Below are positions 41,139 to 55,593 of a stretch of DNA of 64,000 nucleotides, piece after piece (within the stretch, counting starts at the first letter, position 1; every line of letters starts with the position of its first letter). The translations under genes were made by a program, and so were the position numbers. The notes beneath the pieces were generated by a model. It worked only from the letters and a program-made list of their open reading frames with translations, was not told the origin of the DNA and did not search any database. The stretch is taken from positions 23,746,001-23,810,000 of the forward strand of contig OZ287754.1 in assembly GCA_965649765.1 (NCBI GenBank). Direction: 5' to 3'. The stretch comes from Bispira polyomma. Taxonomy: Eukaryota.

Positions 41139-41370
41139 ACTAGAAAGAGCACTCTCCCGAGTGCATTATCTCCTCCGCTAAGGAGAAAATATCCTGGATC
41201 CACTACTATACAGATTTGCTTCAAAAAATTAAATGGATTTTTGCCGGGGCCCATGTACCATCCCTCCACTATATTTCATGTCACTTGGTTCAGTGTTTTT
41301 GTGTGTGTGTAATTCTGGTGACAAACAAACGGACTCGAGTGAAACGACAATCTCCTTGGTAGAGGTAATT
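41139..41370 (-). mobile_element. HINE/DINE-1-like Helentron-associated element (~230 bp)
   Basis: Minus strand: ttacctctaccaagg subTIR, (gttt)n, ccttagcggagg subTIR, gcactc-ggga-gagtgc hairpin, CTAGT end. Confidence 0.7.
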
Positions 41371-41727
41371 AATACATACAATATGTAATTTACTGGACTT
41401 TAGTCTCTAATTTAATCCACTATGTGACTGTATGAGCTAAAAGGCAGAGCCCTCTCTAGCTCAGACAAACACAGTGACTAGATGGTGAATGTTGCAATAT
41501 CAGTGCATATGAGAGCATTAAACACTCAGGCTTCAGGGGGTTTGACCTTCAGTTCAAATGTTAGTGTACTGGGCTATTGATCTTAGGATCTGTGATAGCC
41601 AGGCTTTAATCCCAGCAGAAGCAAGCATCTTTCTAAGTTTACATGGTGCAGATGCTTTAAGATCCCCTCTCTCAGCAAAGCGAGTTCCATAGTAGAATCA
41701 TAACTCCATGAATTTTTTTTTTTTTTT

Positions 41728-41978
41728 TAATCGGGATATTTAACGTTCACTTTAGTACCTGTTTAGGTTATGTTGGGACGGGTAGTTGGAAATGCTGGAG
41801 GAAATACTGCATATAGTTGATCAAGGTTCTGCACTGAAACCAGCGGCCCACAGTAAGGAACTACCACCTTTCCCACATAGGCATCAACTGGAGTCAAACC
41901 CATGCAGCCAATCCCAGAGGTGAGAGACCAGTGATTGTGAAGCGTAATGCTTGCTAACCACTAGGCCACCGCAGCCCC
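41728..41978 (-). mobile_element. SINE family A, full length, with poly(A)-type tail
   Basis: Family A sequence preceded on + by a T-run at ~41713-41728. Confidence 0.9.
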
Positions 41979-42999
41979 CATATAACTTCGAGAACTGGCA
42001 TACTTAGACAGCTCAAGGTATACACAAGTTTGCATAAAGGACTTGGCTCTTCCCTGTTGAGGACAATGATTTTAAAAATAGATGAGGGATTGATTTCAAT
42101 TATCACTATCGATATCAAAGTGAAATACAGCTCACCATATAGATTGATATTGAAATATTGTTTTACACCATAAAATGTGGTCTATGTGTTATATAGACTT
42201 GTTATGTGATCTCAATAATTCCAAGTCATATGTCCTTATTAGAAGCAAGTTACTAATAGATTATTAAGTTAAGATTGTTCAAATGGTAAATAGACCAAAC
42301 ACAAATAGATGTATAGCATATTCATAAACTTTATCGTCATTTTTACAGCATTTTGAATATTAAATTAAATAAGTTTATTCATAACGATATTGATTTCTTG
42401 CTGGTCAATATTCTTACTGAAACAACATAATGTGAACGATCGATATAACGATATCTATATATGGTTCCTACTGTGGTTTTAACCCCACAACTTCCTTGGT
42501 GCTTGGGGAACGTATTCCAAGGCTCGTCGTTGATTACATTTGTCTATCTATAATAAAATTTATATTTATCTAATTATTAATTTAACTAGACAAACTCCAT
42601 AACCATTAGGCAAGATGCGACTACTATAATGGAACTATATTAACTTTTTTATTGTTAATATTTATTCTATAAAGTAATATTTAATTGTAATGTACTTAAT
42701 TGTAAATATGCTAATAATCCTAAATTTACAAGAAAATATTGTTTATTTTTTATGATATCAAATTTTGATATGATTATTAAACCTGGTGATGTAAACAATC
42801 AAATTTAGTTGGGCTTGACGTCCCCTTCAACGGCTTAGGTCATATTATGATGACCAGGTTTAATGGAGGAACAAAACCAGTGCTAATAAAGCCCTGCAAA
42901 CCACCAACAAGATATTTAACTAAACTTAAAGGATTTTGTCACTATTCAATTATGTGCTCTGGCAAAAAGCCAAAAGAATAACCCAGATTAATTCCCTGC

Positions 43000-43222
43000 C
43001 AATTATAATGCATTATTATATTATTATTATAATGCTTATAATATATTGATATTATAATTGGTATTATAATGCATTATTATTATATTATTAGTATTATAAT
43101 TGGTATTATAATGCATTATTATATTATTATAATGCTTATAATAATATATTATATTATAATGCTTATATTATTATTATTATTATTATTATTATAATGCATT
43201 ATTATATTATTATTATAATGCT
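43000..43222. repeat. AT-rich low-complexity/(TAT)n repeat
   Basis: attataatgc/tattat reiterations. Confidence 0.85.
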
Positions 43223-43777
43223 ACTTGCTGCAATAGTCAGCACATGATTTATACAACATCCTCTCATTTTATTTATAAATATTTTTGGATAATCATTTAA
43301 CTGTATTATATGCACAAAGTCATCTGCACCATTGTTATTGTTTTAAAATCTAGATGACACAAGCTTTTGCTGCAGTAAAAAGGCCTTACAAGTAGAAAAA
43401 CGTTTTTGGTGAAGGGACATTAAATTTGACATATAAACTTGAAAAGGAGACTACAGCATGTACTTGTACTCACGATATAGTCGTAAGCCTGAGAGCTGTA
43501 GAACTAGGTTCATTATATAAGACACAAAAATATTTAGCCTATAATGTCCCATTGAAGATGTACTGTTTTTATGTTCTTTTCTGACTGTGCATGTATTTGT
43601 CAAAAACATCTGGATGGCAAGACAAATTGTAAAGATTGCAAAATAGAAAACATCTACATTGTAGTTATGTTAATGCAAATACCTAAGATGTGCTGATATA
43701 TGCACAAAGACAGCTGGGGGCCAATAGCAAGCCTAATTGAGTGTCTGATTGTGACTTACAACACTAAAACGAATCAT

Positions 43778-44660
43778 AACTAGACCTAGCGCATCGGAGA
43801 ACCGATGCATATTTGTATCCACCAAAAAGACAAAGCGCCCTAGATTGTAAGGACCTAGCTAGCACTCAAGCTAGAAGCCTATGATTTCATATAGGGCATT
43901 TATGCTAAAACCTTAAATGGCACATGTGGGTTTCACATTGCAAACCTCTAGGACCAATAATAAGTATGAGATAGGCACTTTAAAGTTTGGCCCACCCGTT
44001 TGATCTTGCACAAGGGTTCTAAGGTCAAATCTGACCACAGCAAAAGATTACCAGCCTATGATTACCTATAGGTTGGTTTAACATCCCAAACCTCAACGAC
44101 CAATAATAAGCGAGATATAGACACTTTTAAGTTTGGCCATCCACATTTGACCTTGAACAAGGGGCCCAAGGTCAAATCTGAGCACATCAAAAGATTCCCA
44201 GCCCATGATTTTCTATAGGCTGGGTTGGCACTCTAAACCTTTGGGACCAATAATAAGTGAGATATAGGCACTATAAAGTTTGGCCATTTACATTTGATCG
44301 GACCACATCCATAGATTCCCAGGCCATGATTTCCTATAGGTTGGTTTCACATCCAACAGCTGTTTGGCCAAAAATAAGTGAGATATAGGCACTTTTAAGT
44401 TTGACCATCCCTGTTTGACCTTAAAAGAGAGGCCCAAGGGTAAATTTGAGCACACCAAAAGATTTCCTGATCATGATTTCCGATAGGTTGGATGTAGATC
44501 CCTCTAGGACCAATATTAAGCGAGATATAGGCTCTTTTATATTTGGCCAAAATCAGTCACTTGGGTTACTTTGGCACTGTCGATGACCTTCAATGAGGAG
44601 ATTCAAGGTCAATTGTCTGCATGCTTATACAGGACATATAGCTTGTGTAAATCCTGTAGG
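43778..44660 (-). mobile_element. Second copy of the Helentron/HINE-like element (longer internal repeat array)
   Basis: actagacctagcgcatcggagaaccgatgcatatttgtatccacc start with perfect gcatcgg/ccgatgc stem; collinear with 18964-19750. Confidence 0.65.
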
Positions 44661-44779
44661 AGCTGAGACTGAACAATTGGTTGACAAGTGAAAGAATCCA
44701 GGCTGGGGGTGTAAATTGTAATGTCGGATGAGTCCTGAATCTGGAGGTTATATCAGACTTTAAACCTACAAACATTTAC

Positions 44780-45360
44780 AATAGAAGATAAGAAGAGAAG
44801 AGAGCAGTGGATAGGACATTGTAGTGTTTTGATATGTTGTTACCTTATTGTTAAGTTGTATATATAACCACAGGAGATCATCAAGGAGAATGTGTTTCTT
44901 CTGCTACTTTATTGATAGAAGTGATAACTCACAAAAGTAGTGCATGTATTAACTCACTATAAGATATATTACATACAATAGTGCGTATGTGGGCAGAGTG
45001 TAGTCTGATTCCATCCCAGTCTGACCAAAGAGACCTAGGAAGACCAATAGAGGCTGATTTGAAGCAAACATGTGGGGGTGCAAGTGACACACTCGGCCAA
45101 GGACAGACAACACTGGCACTCAAGAGGATTAAGCAAATAAATACAGAGAGAAACAGTTTTGGACAAGCACTTTTTAGTTTAGTGTAGTTCTTTGGGGTTT
45201 AACATTGCTTCCAACACATAAATCAGGTCACTGGTGGAGGCCACCAGAGCAGGGTATAGCTGGTTAAGTAATGCACTGGCAAGTATATTGGATTCCACAG
45301 CAGAAGAGGTAAGAACAAGCCAAGTCCGAGTATTATAGTCTCGCAGGTGAAAATCCATCA
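44780..45360 (-). mobile_element. Probable decayed LINE 3' fragment
   Basis: GC-richer coding-like segment with a Cys/His cluster on the minus strand, ending in a (TCT)n-like tail; clade not assignable by eye. Confidence 0.35.
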
Positions 45361-48300
45361 ATGGGTTTGGTCAGTAGCAAGGACACAAAGGCCAAAAAGA
45401 CCATAAACTTCAAACAAACAGTCACCATGGCAACTGTTTTCATGGGACCCTGACCAAAACTTAATCAGCTCTAGTTTCTCAGTAATCAGCAGATACACCT
45501 GTCCACCAAATTTGTTAAGCAGTTACAAATTTATGGCTCAGGTTAAAGTTTTTGTGAGATTTAATGCCCCCACTTTTCAGCTTGAGTGGTAGTGGTAAGG
45601 AGGCAAAAATAGAGAAAGGCAGACAAACATATGGCTTCATCTTGGAGATCTAGAAAATAACAGAAGGTGGTGCAGTGTTAATGATACTAGAAACCTGCAA
45701 GTGTCTTTGGTAAAAAAGTCAGATGTGGAGATAAGGGTCTGTGGCCAGTGTGGCTGACAGGGGATCAACAGACACAAGTCAAGTAGGTTATTTGGATACC
45801 ACAAATCATTTAAGCTAGAATATCGATGACTTTTCATCAATACCACAATAACATGGAAAAAGATTGTGGAAGGAATACAGAACGCTAAACCCCAAGGATA
45901 ACAATAAACCCCAATGCCGAATAGTCGGGAGAACTATTTTTCAATATAGCTACACTCTGTTTAGTCCATTTCAGAATTTACAAAAGATTTGTTATTCTGT
46001 AATGTAACATGCATGGACCACTGGTGCATTCTACAGATATGTCTCCACAACTTTAACGACAAAAATGGTGAAAATATGTTTGTAGATGGCTGAAAAGTTG
46101 CAGGCACACCTGTATGTAGCACTAAATGTGTAGGTTTTATCATCAGTATAGATGAACAGAAAATGAAAACCACAAAATAGTGTATATACTTTTACAAGAA
46201 CATGAATAGAAGAAAGTGGCAAGCACACTTGTATATTACTAAATGCATCTTTCACAGGTTCAAAATAAATCAAGTTCCTTCTGAGTAAATTCCAAAACCA
46301 AGCACTCTCCGGTCACAAGTAACATTTGGTTCAGATAATAGAATTTTCATAACAAAAACTGTATTAAGAAGATTTCTTGGTTCATATTAATGGGAAACAA
46401 TTTAAGAGTCACAAAATTAGTTATTAAATTGAATATTCTGATGAGAGAAGGTTTGATATAAGAGGTTCTACTGTATCCTTGAACTCAAACCAAAGGCCTT
46501 GTGAGTGAAATAGTGTTTAAGGAAACTACCAAGGACTTTTTAGATTAGAAGAAAAAAACCTTGAATTAAGCTTGTAACAAAAAGTTAAAAGTACTTTAAA
46601 GTGTAAATTTAGTTAAGCCCCCAAAAAGTTGATGTGCCTATGTAACTAGATTTGTTAACCTCCAAACAGGTTATAAATACAATGGAGTCACTAAAACACA
46701 CACCACAAGCGATGTTATCATACAATGCAAGATACATGTAATTTACAAAATTAGTAATACAGTACAACACAAATCACTGAGGCGTAAGACGCACAACAAT
46801 AAATATTGTCAATATTGAGACCTTTTTAGCATCAATCCTTCATGGTACATCACTGTAACCCTAAATTATGCTCAAGAAGTAAAACCATAAATAAATGTCA
46901 ATAAAGCAATTTTATCCACCAACATTTTACCATCACTCTAACCCCCAAAATATGTGGAGCCCAATGTCCAACTACACATTGAATTGACTTAAACCCCAGT
47001 GTCTGGTGACAGATATATTCAACCCTACTCCTACCCCCCAGATATATTCAACCCTACTCCTACCCCCCTTTCTTTTAGGGTGAGGGGCGGGGGTTGGGGA
47101 GGGGGTGGCCCTCCCATGGAGTCCAGGGATTCAAGGGACAACATATATCGGGATATAACCATCCATTTTGTTACATCCAAGTTAAGAGCTAGATAGCCGG
47201 CTAATATATATCTAATAACATTCATTTTGATCATTAATGGATCAATGAATACAACATTATTTAGTTAAAATACTGTATCAGCAGAAATCTTCCTTGTGAA
47301 TGACAAATTTGTTTTTAAACCCTCTTCTAATACACTAAATATGCAAACAAATTGTATAATGGCCAGCTAAAAATATTACAAAAACAATTGTATTTGTATC
47401 TTATCAGCAAAATAGAAACCAAACAGATTGACTACTTAGGAGAATAACCATGTTCCAATAAAATTCCAAGGAACTAGCCAAATTTTTAGTCCAGCTAAGA
47501 TTTCCACTGACACAGTATTAGACAAAATGGCAGCACACTGTTGAACCCCTAATTAAAGTCTGATCTTAAAGTATCACAGAAAAAGTCCTCCACTTAAACA
47601 TAATTTGTCACGTTCAAAAAAAGTAGAATACAAGCAGAAAATATTTGAGTGGGATTTTTCATATGCTCCCCCCCCCCCCTCCACTAATAAGAGGTAAATT
47701 GAGTTCACAGAGTTCTACTTAAGAGGAGTTCAACTGTATCTAATTAGGCACTGTGGCTATTTTTTGGGTGTATATATTTTTAACCACGGTTCAGGCATAT
47801 TGATCTGCGACAGTTTTAAACTTAAAACAAAGAAAATATTACTTTTTCTTATTCAAAAACAAAGAAAATATTACTTATTTTTTTTCAAAAATAAGGTCAT
47901 CAGTTGAAAGTTCAAATAAAATATTTCAATTATATTAATTTGGCAGAGATGCAAATATTTGACAAACTAGATAGAAATGAATTGAGAATTCAAACGAAAC
48001 TATTTCAATTATATATTAATTTTGTGGAAATGCAAATATGTGACCCAAAATATATTTAGAAAAATTACAAATTAATTTCTCAAATAGGGTGAAATGTAAC
48101 ATTATATTCCATCAGAAATTTCAGAAAAAACTGACGTAATGCAAGACAAAAACATAAAATGATGCACGCTACTGTTAGTAATGGCCGACTGAGATCCCAC
48201 AAACCACAGTGACCAATTAAAGCCATTAGTCGTCACATTAGAACCTCTATTATCTGAATAACCTGAGGGCGAGGGTAATATTTTGATTAGATAACAGAAG

Positions 48301-51300
48301 GTCCACTACCAAAACAGAAAATAAAGAGGCCTTTCTAAAATCAAATATTTAGAGAGTGAATAAATAAGTTTCATGTGCTTTTATATCCGGATACACCAGA
48401 AGTTCAGATAATGAAAGTTCTACTGTTATTATATAAAAGAAACATGCAAATCAACATGGACAGTATATTTTGTGTAAAATACACAGTAAATAGAGCGGTT
48501 TCTACTGTCGAACCCGAAAATAACAGTAACATTTATATACACAGAAAATCTATAAATGCATATACATGTATACTGTATCAGTTAAGGCCTACCCTGAAAT
48601 TTATGGTTAATATCTCCGAAAAGCATTGATATTTTTAAACAAATAATGTGGCATTGACAACAAAACGCCACACTAAATGGACAATTGAAAATATATTGAA
48701 AAGCAATATTTAAAGATTTATCTCCACTGAAACAATGGGTGGGCCTTAATTGATAGCGGGCCTAAACTATTACAGCACCAGTATGTATATAATAAAGTTC
48801 AAAACATTAACCTTCCTTTGACTTTGCAATAGAGGGGCCAAATGTAAAACCTGACCAGTTCAAAAGATTGCCAGATTCCCATGATGTTCCCATCACTTAG
48901 TATCACATACCAAAGTAGCGGGGGCGGTAGGAGATAAAAATAACATCACCTTGTATGGGGATGTTGTAACAGAGAAGTGATCCAAACGTCTTTCTGTTCA
49001 GGTCTTGCTTCTCAAAATCCTTTCACTTGCCTTCTCTTTTTAAAACATGAACTCGTTGAAGTGTTGGCCTCACCACTTTCTTCTCTGAATAAATAAATAA
49101 ATACCAACAGAGTTTAGTTCAGTTACTGGTTGTCAAATGAACACTCTTGTGTCATAACAAATTGCATGCGGAGATGGTGGTCTTTTGTGGTGATAAACTA
49201 AATCAAGAATACTATCTATTTATGTAACAATGTACCTGAAGTAACCACTTTGAATTTAAATTTAGTTCGGGTTTCGTGTCACCTTTAACAGATCACAACG
49301 GCCAGATTCAATGGTTGAAGAAGCCAGTGCTGAAGCCACTGTAAAACATGGCAGGTACCAGACAAACTTTTCCCACATTGAAGGAACGTACAGGATTTAA
49401 ATCCACCTTGGTGCGAGTGTCTTATAAGCTGGCCATAAGTTATAATATTTTATGCAGTTCTGTACGGCTATTGGAAATAATAGTCAAGAGAATTTTTCCA
49501 CCCCAAATAAACCGGTGCACTGTATAGATCGATTTTATGGAATTTAATTGATTTTAAAAGTTGTATCTATATGCATACAGTAAACTGTTGTTTTAAGAAT
49601 ACCATTTCAGAACATTCATGCCATTTTTTTTTTGTTTAAAAAAATCGCCAACCTAGTAAATTAACAATTTCAGTTGGTTTTATTTTAAAAATACAGCTCC
49701 TTTCTTTACAGTACATATTATACAGCATATATATAAATACCGTGCATATACATTACAAAAAGACAACAGCTAATAATTTACCTGATAAACATATAAAACC
49801 TTGAACTATCCCGTCTTGGTCCAAGCAAATATTCGTTTTCCATCCTTTGCACGTATGAAGCAACTTCTCCATTTTTAGGGGTTAACGTGTCACACTATAG
49901 TGTGTGTGTGTGTGGTAGTGTGAACATCTAACATTAACTTTCAACACACACTGTATCAACTTTAATTGGTCTGCCCTTTGTTGCCGCCACAAAAACTAAA
50001 CCCACATGTCTGACATTTTGTTCAGTGACCATAGTTAAGGTTGCCTTAGAAATTTGCACTGAGCAGATATTTAATTAAAAAGAAAACCCACCAGACTAAA
50101 TTTTTTGTTTCATTAAAATAATTTACAAATATTTTTAATTAAATGTACAATAATTTGTGATACAGCACCGTTGGTAATGGTATACATATATGGTAAGTTA
50201 TATACCTTGTTTGTATAGCTTAAAATAATGTATATAGTATCTATATGTTTCAAGGGACACCCCAAAAAGGTTGCAACTTTTGTGGACGAATAATGTGTGT
50301 GAAAGCTTCGTCTGGCGACGTCCGTTCTACGGTTAAAATAACCCCACTACTAGAGAGCCATATATGCTTCTATTTTGGAGGTAAAAACAAAATTTCATTG
50401 GTTCTTTACATTTCCACAGGCTAGTATTATATAATGTAAAGCTTTTTAGTGGATTTTTTTTATTTTTTGTAAATCATCAACTTTCTCATATTGGTAGCGT
50501 GCCCGATCTATATGAGTGCATTGTGGTTAATACCATCTTAAATATGCAACTTTAAACGAGTATATTCTACGGGATGATTTTACACAATTTTTTTTTGTAT
50601 ATGATAACTTTATGATATGATAACTTTATGATAACTTTTAGTTATGTTTTAGTTATGTTAGTAAATAAATTATATAATAATTATATTAATTGTTTTGTCC
50701 AATAAAAAACCTTTCCTCGATGAACTAGAAGAAGACATTATGATATCCCGTGTGGTAGAATTTTTAGTGATTTTTTTTTTTTTTTTTCACCTACTTTATT
50801 TTGATTTTTGGAGGGTTATTGTCAAAAATCCACTTACTCAATTTTTGCTTCTAATAAAAATAATAAGACAATTTAAATAATGGAGAATACAGTGCATTTA
50901 CATGTGCATTTACGCTCTTTAAGCACTAGATGAGGCCATTATGATGTGTTGGGCCGCCACAATTGAAGACTATGCAGTAAATCGGTTTTGTTTTTTGTAA
51001 CTCAGACACCAGTCAAAAACTTGATTTTTTTCTATCTATGAATTAAAATTCACAGAATCCATACAAAGTAACTCAAATAAAACGAAATGATTAATGTTTG
51101 AATTCGATTAGAGATCTTAAATGAGTACATTGTTAGACCATGTTTGGGGGTGGAAAATGAAAAAGTTTGAATTCGATTACATATCTTAAATGGGTACATT
51201 GTTGAACCATGTCGGGGTGGAATATATTTGTTGTAAAATCAGGGAAAAAAATAAAGCGTTCTCAGGGGATGATAAAAGTTTAAATGCCTACACTATTGAA

Positions 51301-52034
51301 CCTATGGAGCCCCTTTTGGGGCATCAGAATATTTTTTTCCTATCGGATTAAGTGGTGTTCACAAGATGCTATGATGAGCATGACTTATGCAAGTAAGTCA
51401 TTATCATGAGTAGACCAAGTTTTCTGTCCTCAACAATTCTTTGATTTACTGATGGTGCATGGTGAGGGACAGAGTTGTTTACCATACCAAATTGTTGTTA
51501 TTGTGACAACCTAAAATATGCCACACATACCACTACAGCTGATGAGCAGGGGCTTCACGGTTAGGAGTGTCAATGGTTTGGAATGCTTGCACTGTCACTG
51601 GCCTCTCAATAATGTTTGTTTGAATCCCGTTTGTTCCTTTATGTGGAAAAATTTGTCTGTATACTCACAGATGGTGGGCTTAAGTTTGACTTCGGCATCT
51701 CCACCATGTTTATTCCACACCCTGGGATACTAAAGGGTGTAGCTATATGTAGATCCAGAATGTAGGGTAAAGTCCAATTAATATACAATACATATTTCTC
51801 ATAAAGTACAAAGCAATGGATCGGTATAGCTCTACACCATGTAACGAGTTCTTTCATTTTGATTTATGATTTTAGCTCTCCCCAAAAAACAATGCCAGAT
51901 GTAGATTAAGAGTGTGTGAGACCCCAGCAGCTTAGCTGTGTCCCTGGTATTTATATGTAATGCCTCTTCACCCATAGGCTGATTATTGGTCCAATAAGAA
52001 TTTAGATAAAATAGTATGTGATTAGCCCACTTAA

Positions 52035-52769
52035 CCCTTTCAACCCCCAGGTTGTCGGCAAAGAACCTGACGACATTTGTTACTCCCAGAACCTACGTCT
52101 GTCCGCAAGACGTCGACACCCTCCAAAAATTATTATTTTCTTTTCTTTCAATTCCTCCCATTAGGAAATTGTTAGTACAGCAGACCTCTCTTCTCAAAAA
52201 AAATTATAGTTGAGGTCATTATTGGATGGCGGAAGTAGTCTATGGTGTATGTTCTAGTGACTTCAGCTATGTGTAACCTATTGCCTTAAAATTCCCTTAG
52301 GGGCTACAAGTCATCTTTGGTACACATAGTGCCTAAGACATATAAATTTATTTATTTATTATATAAATTTTATTAGTTTGGCCTGTGAGTTGTGATCTTG
52401 ACCTTAAAATCTTGTGAGGGGGCTCGGTGGTCAAAATACTCGCCTCTACCTCTAAGGTGGGGCCGCGGTGGCCTAGTTGTTAGCAAGCATTGTTCTTCAC
52501 AATCACTGGTCTCTCACCTCTGAACGTCGTGAGTTTGAATCCCGTCGATGCCTATGTGAGAAAGGTGGTAGTTCCTTTCTGTGGGCCGCTGGTTTCAGTG
52601 CCGAACCTTGATCAACTGTATGCAGTGTTTCCTCCAGCGTTTCCAACTACCCTTCCCAATATAACCTGAACAGGTACTAGAGTGGACGTTAAATATCCAA
52701 ATTCAATTCAATTCAACTTAAAATTCCCTTCATTTCCCGGTGATAGTTTTCTCCCTGTCATGGAAAGGG
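52035..52769. mobile_element. piggyBac-like non-autonomous element (TTAA TSD) carrying a nested SINE insertion
   Basis: TTAA|CCCTTTC at 52031-52041 and GAAAGGG|TTAA at 52763-52773. Confidence 0.55.
52459..52716 (+). mobile_element. SINE family A, full length
   Basis: ggggccgcggtggcctagt head, (aattc)n tail. Confidence 0.9.
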
Positions 52770-54979
52770 TTAATGATTGATAGCACAAACTCTGCTCCGG
52801 TTTTAGGATATTGTTTTAGTTCAGTCTTTTGTTTTGGTATAAGGCAGTATAATCTCACACAACAGCCACGCTTTACGTCATTTACCAATGTACTGCAGCA
52901 GAGTACCTAAAGCCCTGGTCACACTTGTTCGTTTTTAGGTTTGTTTCATGATATTTAAAAAAAAAATGTAAGCAAACAGCAAGTGATATTCGGTAAACAT
53001 AAGAACAAATCAATATATGGGCTGTTTTGTACACATTTGTACACCCATGCAACACGTTTTTTATAGCCGTTTCAATTACATTGAGCTGTTAGCCACGTTT
53101 CTAAATTCATTAGCCATTTATTTGGTAGAGGAAACCAGTAGTAAGTATTTGTAAAGGAGAACCACCGACCTACGACAATTAGCCGGCAAATTACCCCACA
53201 TGAAGGAATGAGTGGTAGTCGAACCCAATATTCTTACAGGTGAATGTGAATTTAGTTGTGTTTTACATCAGTCTCAACACCTTAGGTCATATATCATGAC
53301 GATCAGTTTTAAATTCAAACCAGTGTTGAAGAACTGTAAACCACCAATCTATGACAAGTAGCTGACAAAATGTTCCCACATGGAATTAACAAATGGGATT
53401 CAAATCCATATATGTGAGAAGCAAGGGATTCTACTCGATAAGCCCTCACGGCATCTATTCTGAGAAGTGTGAGGCTAGTGATATTAGAAAAGATGTGTAT
53501 AGCCACTAGGCCATGACCTCCCCTAACATGATCCATAGGCTTGTATACACTGATTTATACATACAGTTTATGACCTTATTACATTTAGCAACAAAATATA
53601 TACACTTATCATGCTGATTAATTTACATTATTGCTCACATGGTATACAGATATGTACAAGCATTTGTGTATGCATTCAGGTTGGCAAAGCTACTTGGTGG
53701 ATAACCTTTCGAATAGATAGTTACAGTAATCGAGATGACTGGCTCCTTAGCAAAGCATTTGCCAACATCTCTACACCTGGATATCATTTACAGAACATCA
53801 TTTAAGCCGCATTTGAGATTGTCATAAATACATTTTTCTATTTGACAGAATTGTGTGTTGTAATCAGAATAGTTAGACCTATGCGAGTCTGTAACATGGT
53901 TCACGGGTAAATTGTGTAAAGAAAATAAGACTAGAAAACACTGAGGAGCAGCCAAACTGAAAATGAAGAACCAATCTTGACTGCCCACGGACAGATTCAA
54001 AATCTAGTGTCTAACAACCCAATTTTAACAATATTAAGTTCACCATATATTCCAGCCACAAAGGAGGCAAACCGACAAGGCTGCAATTCAAAGGAAGCCT
54101 GCTATGATGGAAAGTGTCAAAAGCGGCAGATAAATTAAAAAAACACTATTGCTGTGAACACCACCTTTTGACAGGTAAATATGTATTACATTTTTCATAG
54201 ATAATAACAGAGCATCTAGCATGTGCCTATTTTTATTAGTACATTAGAAGCAGTTTTCTGTATTCCTTAATTTGATCTGCAACAAGTTGAAGTGAAACTT
54301 CTATATGACACCAGTCTACAGTGTTCCTTTAGTATGGATGTCAGTAATAATACGTTCAATAGCAATCCCCCACTGATGATTTACTTATTAACAATAAAAG
54401 TTACCATAAAGAGACACTGATTTGACTAGGTTAAAATATAAACACAAATCAACCTTTCAAGCATTTAGTCTCTATACTAGCATACTCTAAATCATGGCCA
54501 TAACCTCCGCAACACCTGGATTACAAGGCAGCAATGAAGAAGTAAGCCATCTTAACCAAAATGCTCCTGAAGAAACATAATAAGGGAACAGACATCATTC
54601 CATAATTTGGATGTCATATGGGAAACTGCTTAAACAAAAGAAACCTGTACTAAAGCACTGTAAACCTCCGACCTATGGCTAATATCTGACAAACTTTCCC
54701 CACATAAAGGAATATATGGGATTCAAACCCACATTTGTGAGAGGCCACAGCCCTTTCCTTTTGACACATCACACAGGATAAAACAATGATAAAACAAGGG
54801 ATCTTATGGATTAAGGGTACAGAGGGCAGACTTAAGGACCGTTTAAGGAGACTTTAAGTGGGTTTACTATGGCTTGTGTTGATTTCTCCAGTGTAAAGTG
54901 ATAGATAATATTATGAGAACCTAATATTTATACAATAAGGTAACAGTTTTACCCAGTCTCACAGTATCTTCTTGGATAA

Positions 54980-55483
54980 TGTTGCATTCACACTGTCCAT
55001 GTTCTCTGTCCCCGTTCTCCCCCGTTCTCAGAACTTGAACAAACTAAGAAACTGGGCATAAACGGGGGTAGAACTGGGATGAACCCGGGCGTACATCAAG
55101 AACAGATGCTGCAGCCGGAAATTTTGAACATGTTCAAAACTTCCATGGCAGGACGGCTCTGAAAACACATCTTGAGAGAACTTGAGAAAACGGCAATGCC
55201 GGGGCATGAACGGGAGTTGAACTGCTCAGAACTTGTGTAAATGGGGCTTAAACTGCTTAGAACTTGTGTGATCTGGCCGGAACCGGAGATAACTTGAGAA
55301 AACGTAACATAACCTGGGCATAAACGGGGCTAAATGGGTCTAAAACAGGGCTAAAATGGGTTATAAACGGGAGATGCAAAATGGCCAAGTTCAGCCAAGT
55401 TCTTCAGGTCTTGAGTAAACGGCAATGCCGGGACGATGTCGGGGCGATGCCGGGGCATGAACATGGAAAATGTGAATGCCTCA
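54980..55483. mobile_element. PIF/Harbinger-like MITE (~504 bp) just downstream of the receptor stop codon
   Basis: TAA|tgttgcattcacactgtccatgttc ... gaacatggaaaatgtgaatgcctca|TAA; internal palindrome ttttgaacatgttcaaaa. Confidence 0.75.
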
Positions 55484-55593
55484 TAAGGTAGCAGTTGTCA
55501 AATATAAAAAAGACCTTATCAGGCAATATGGTAGCAGTTTTAAGGATTGTCGGTGTACCTCTTCTTAGATAAAGGTAGCAGTTTTCAAAATTG

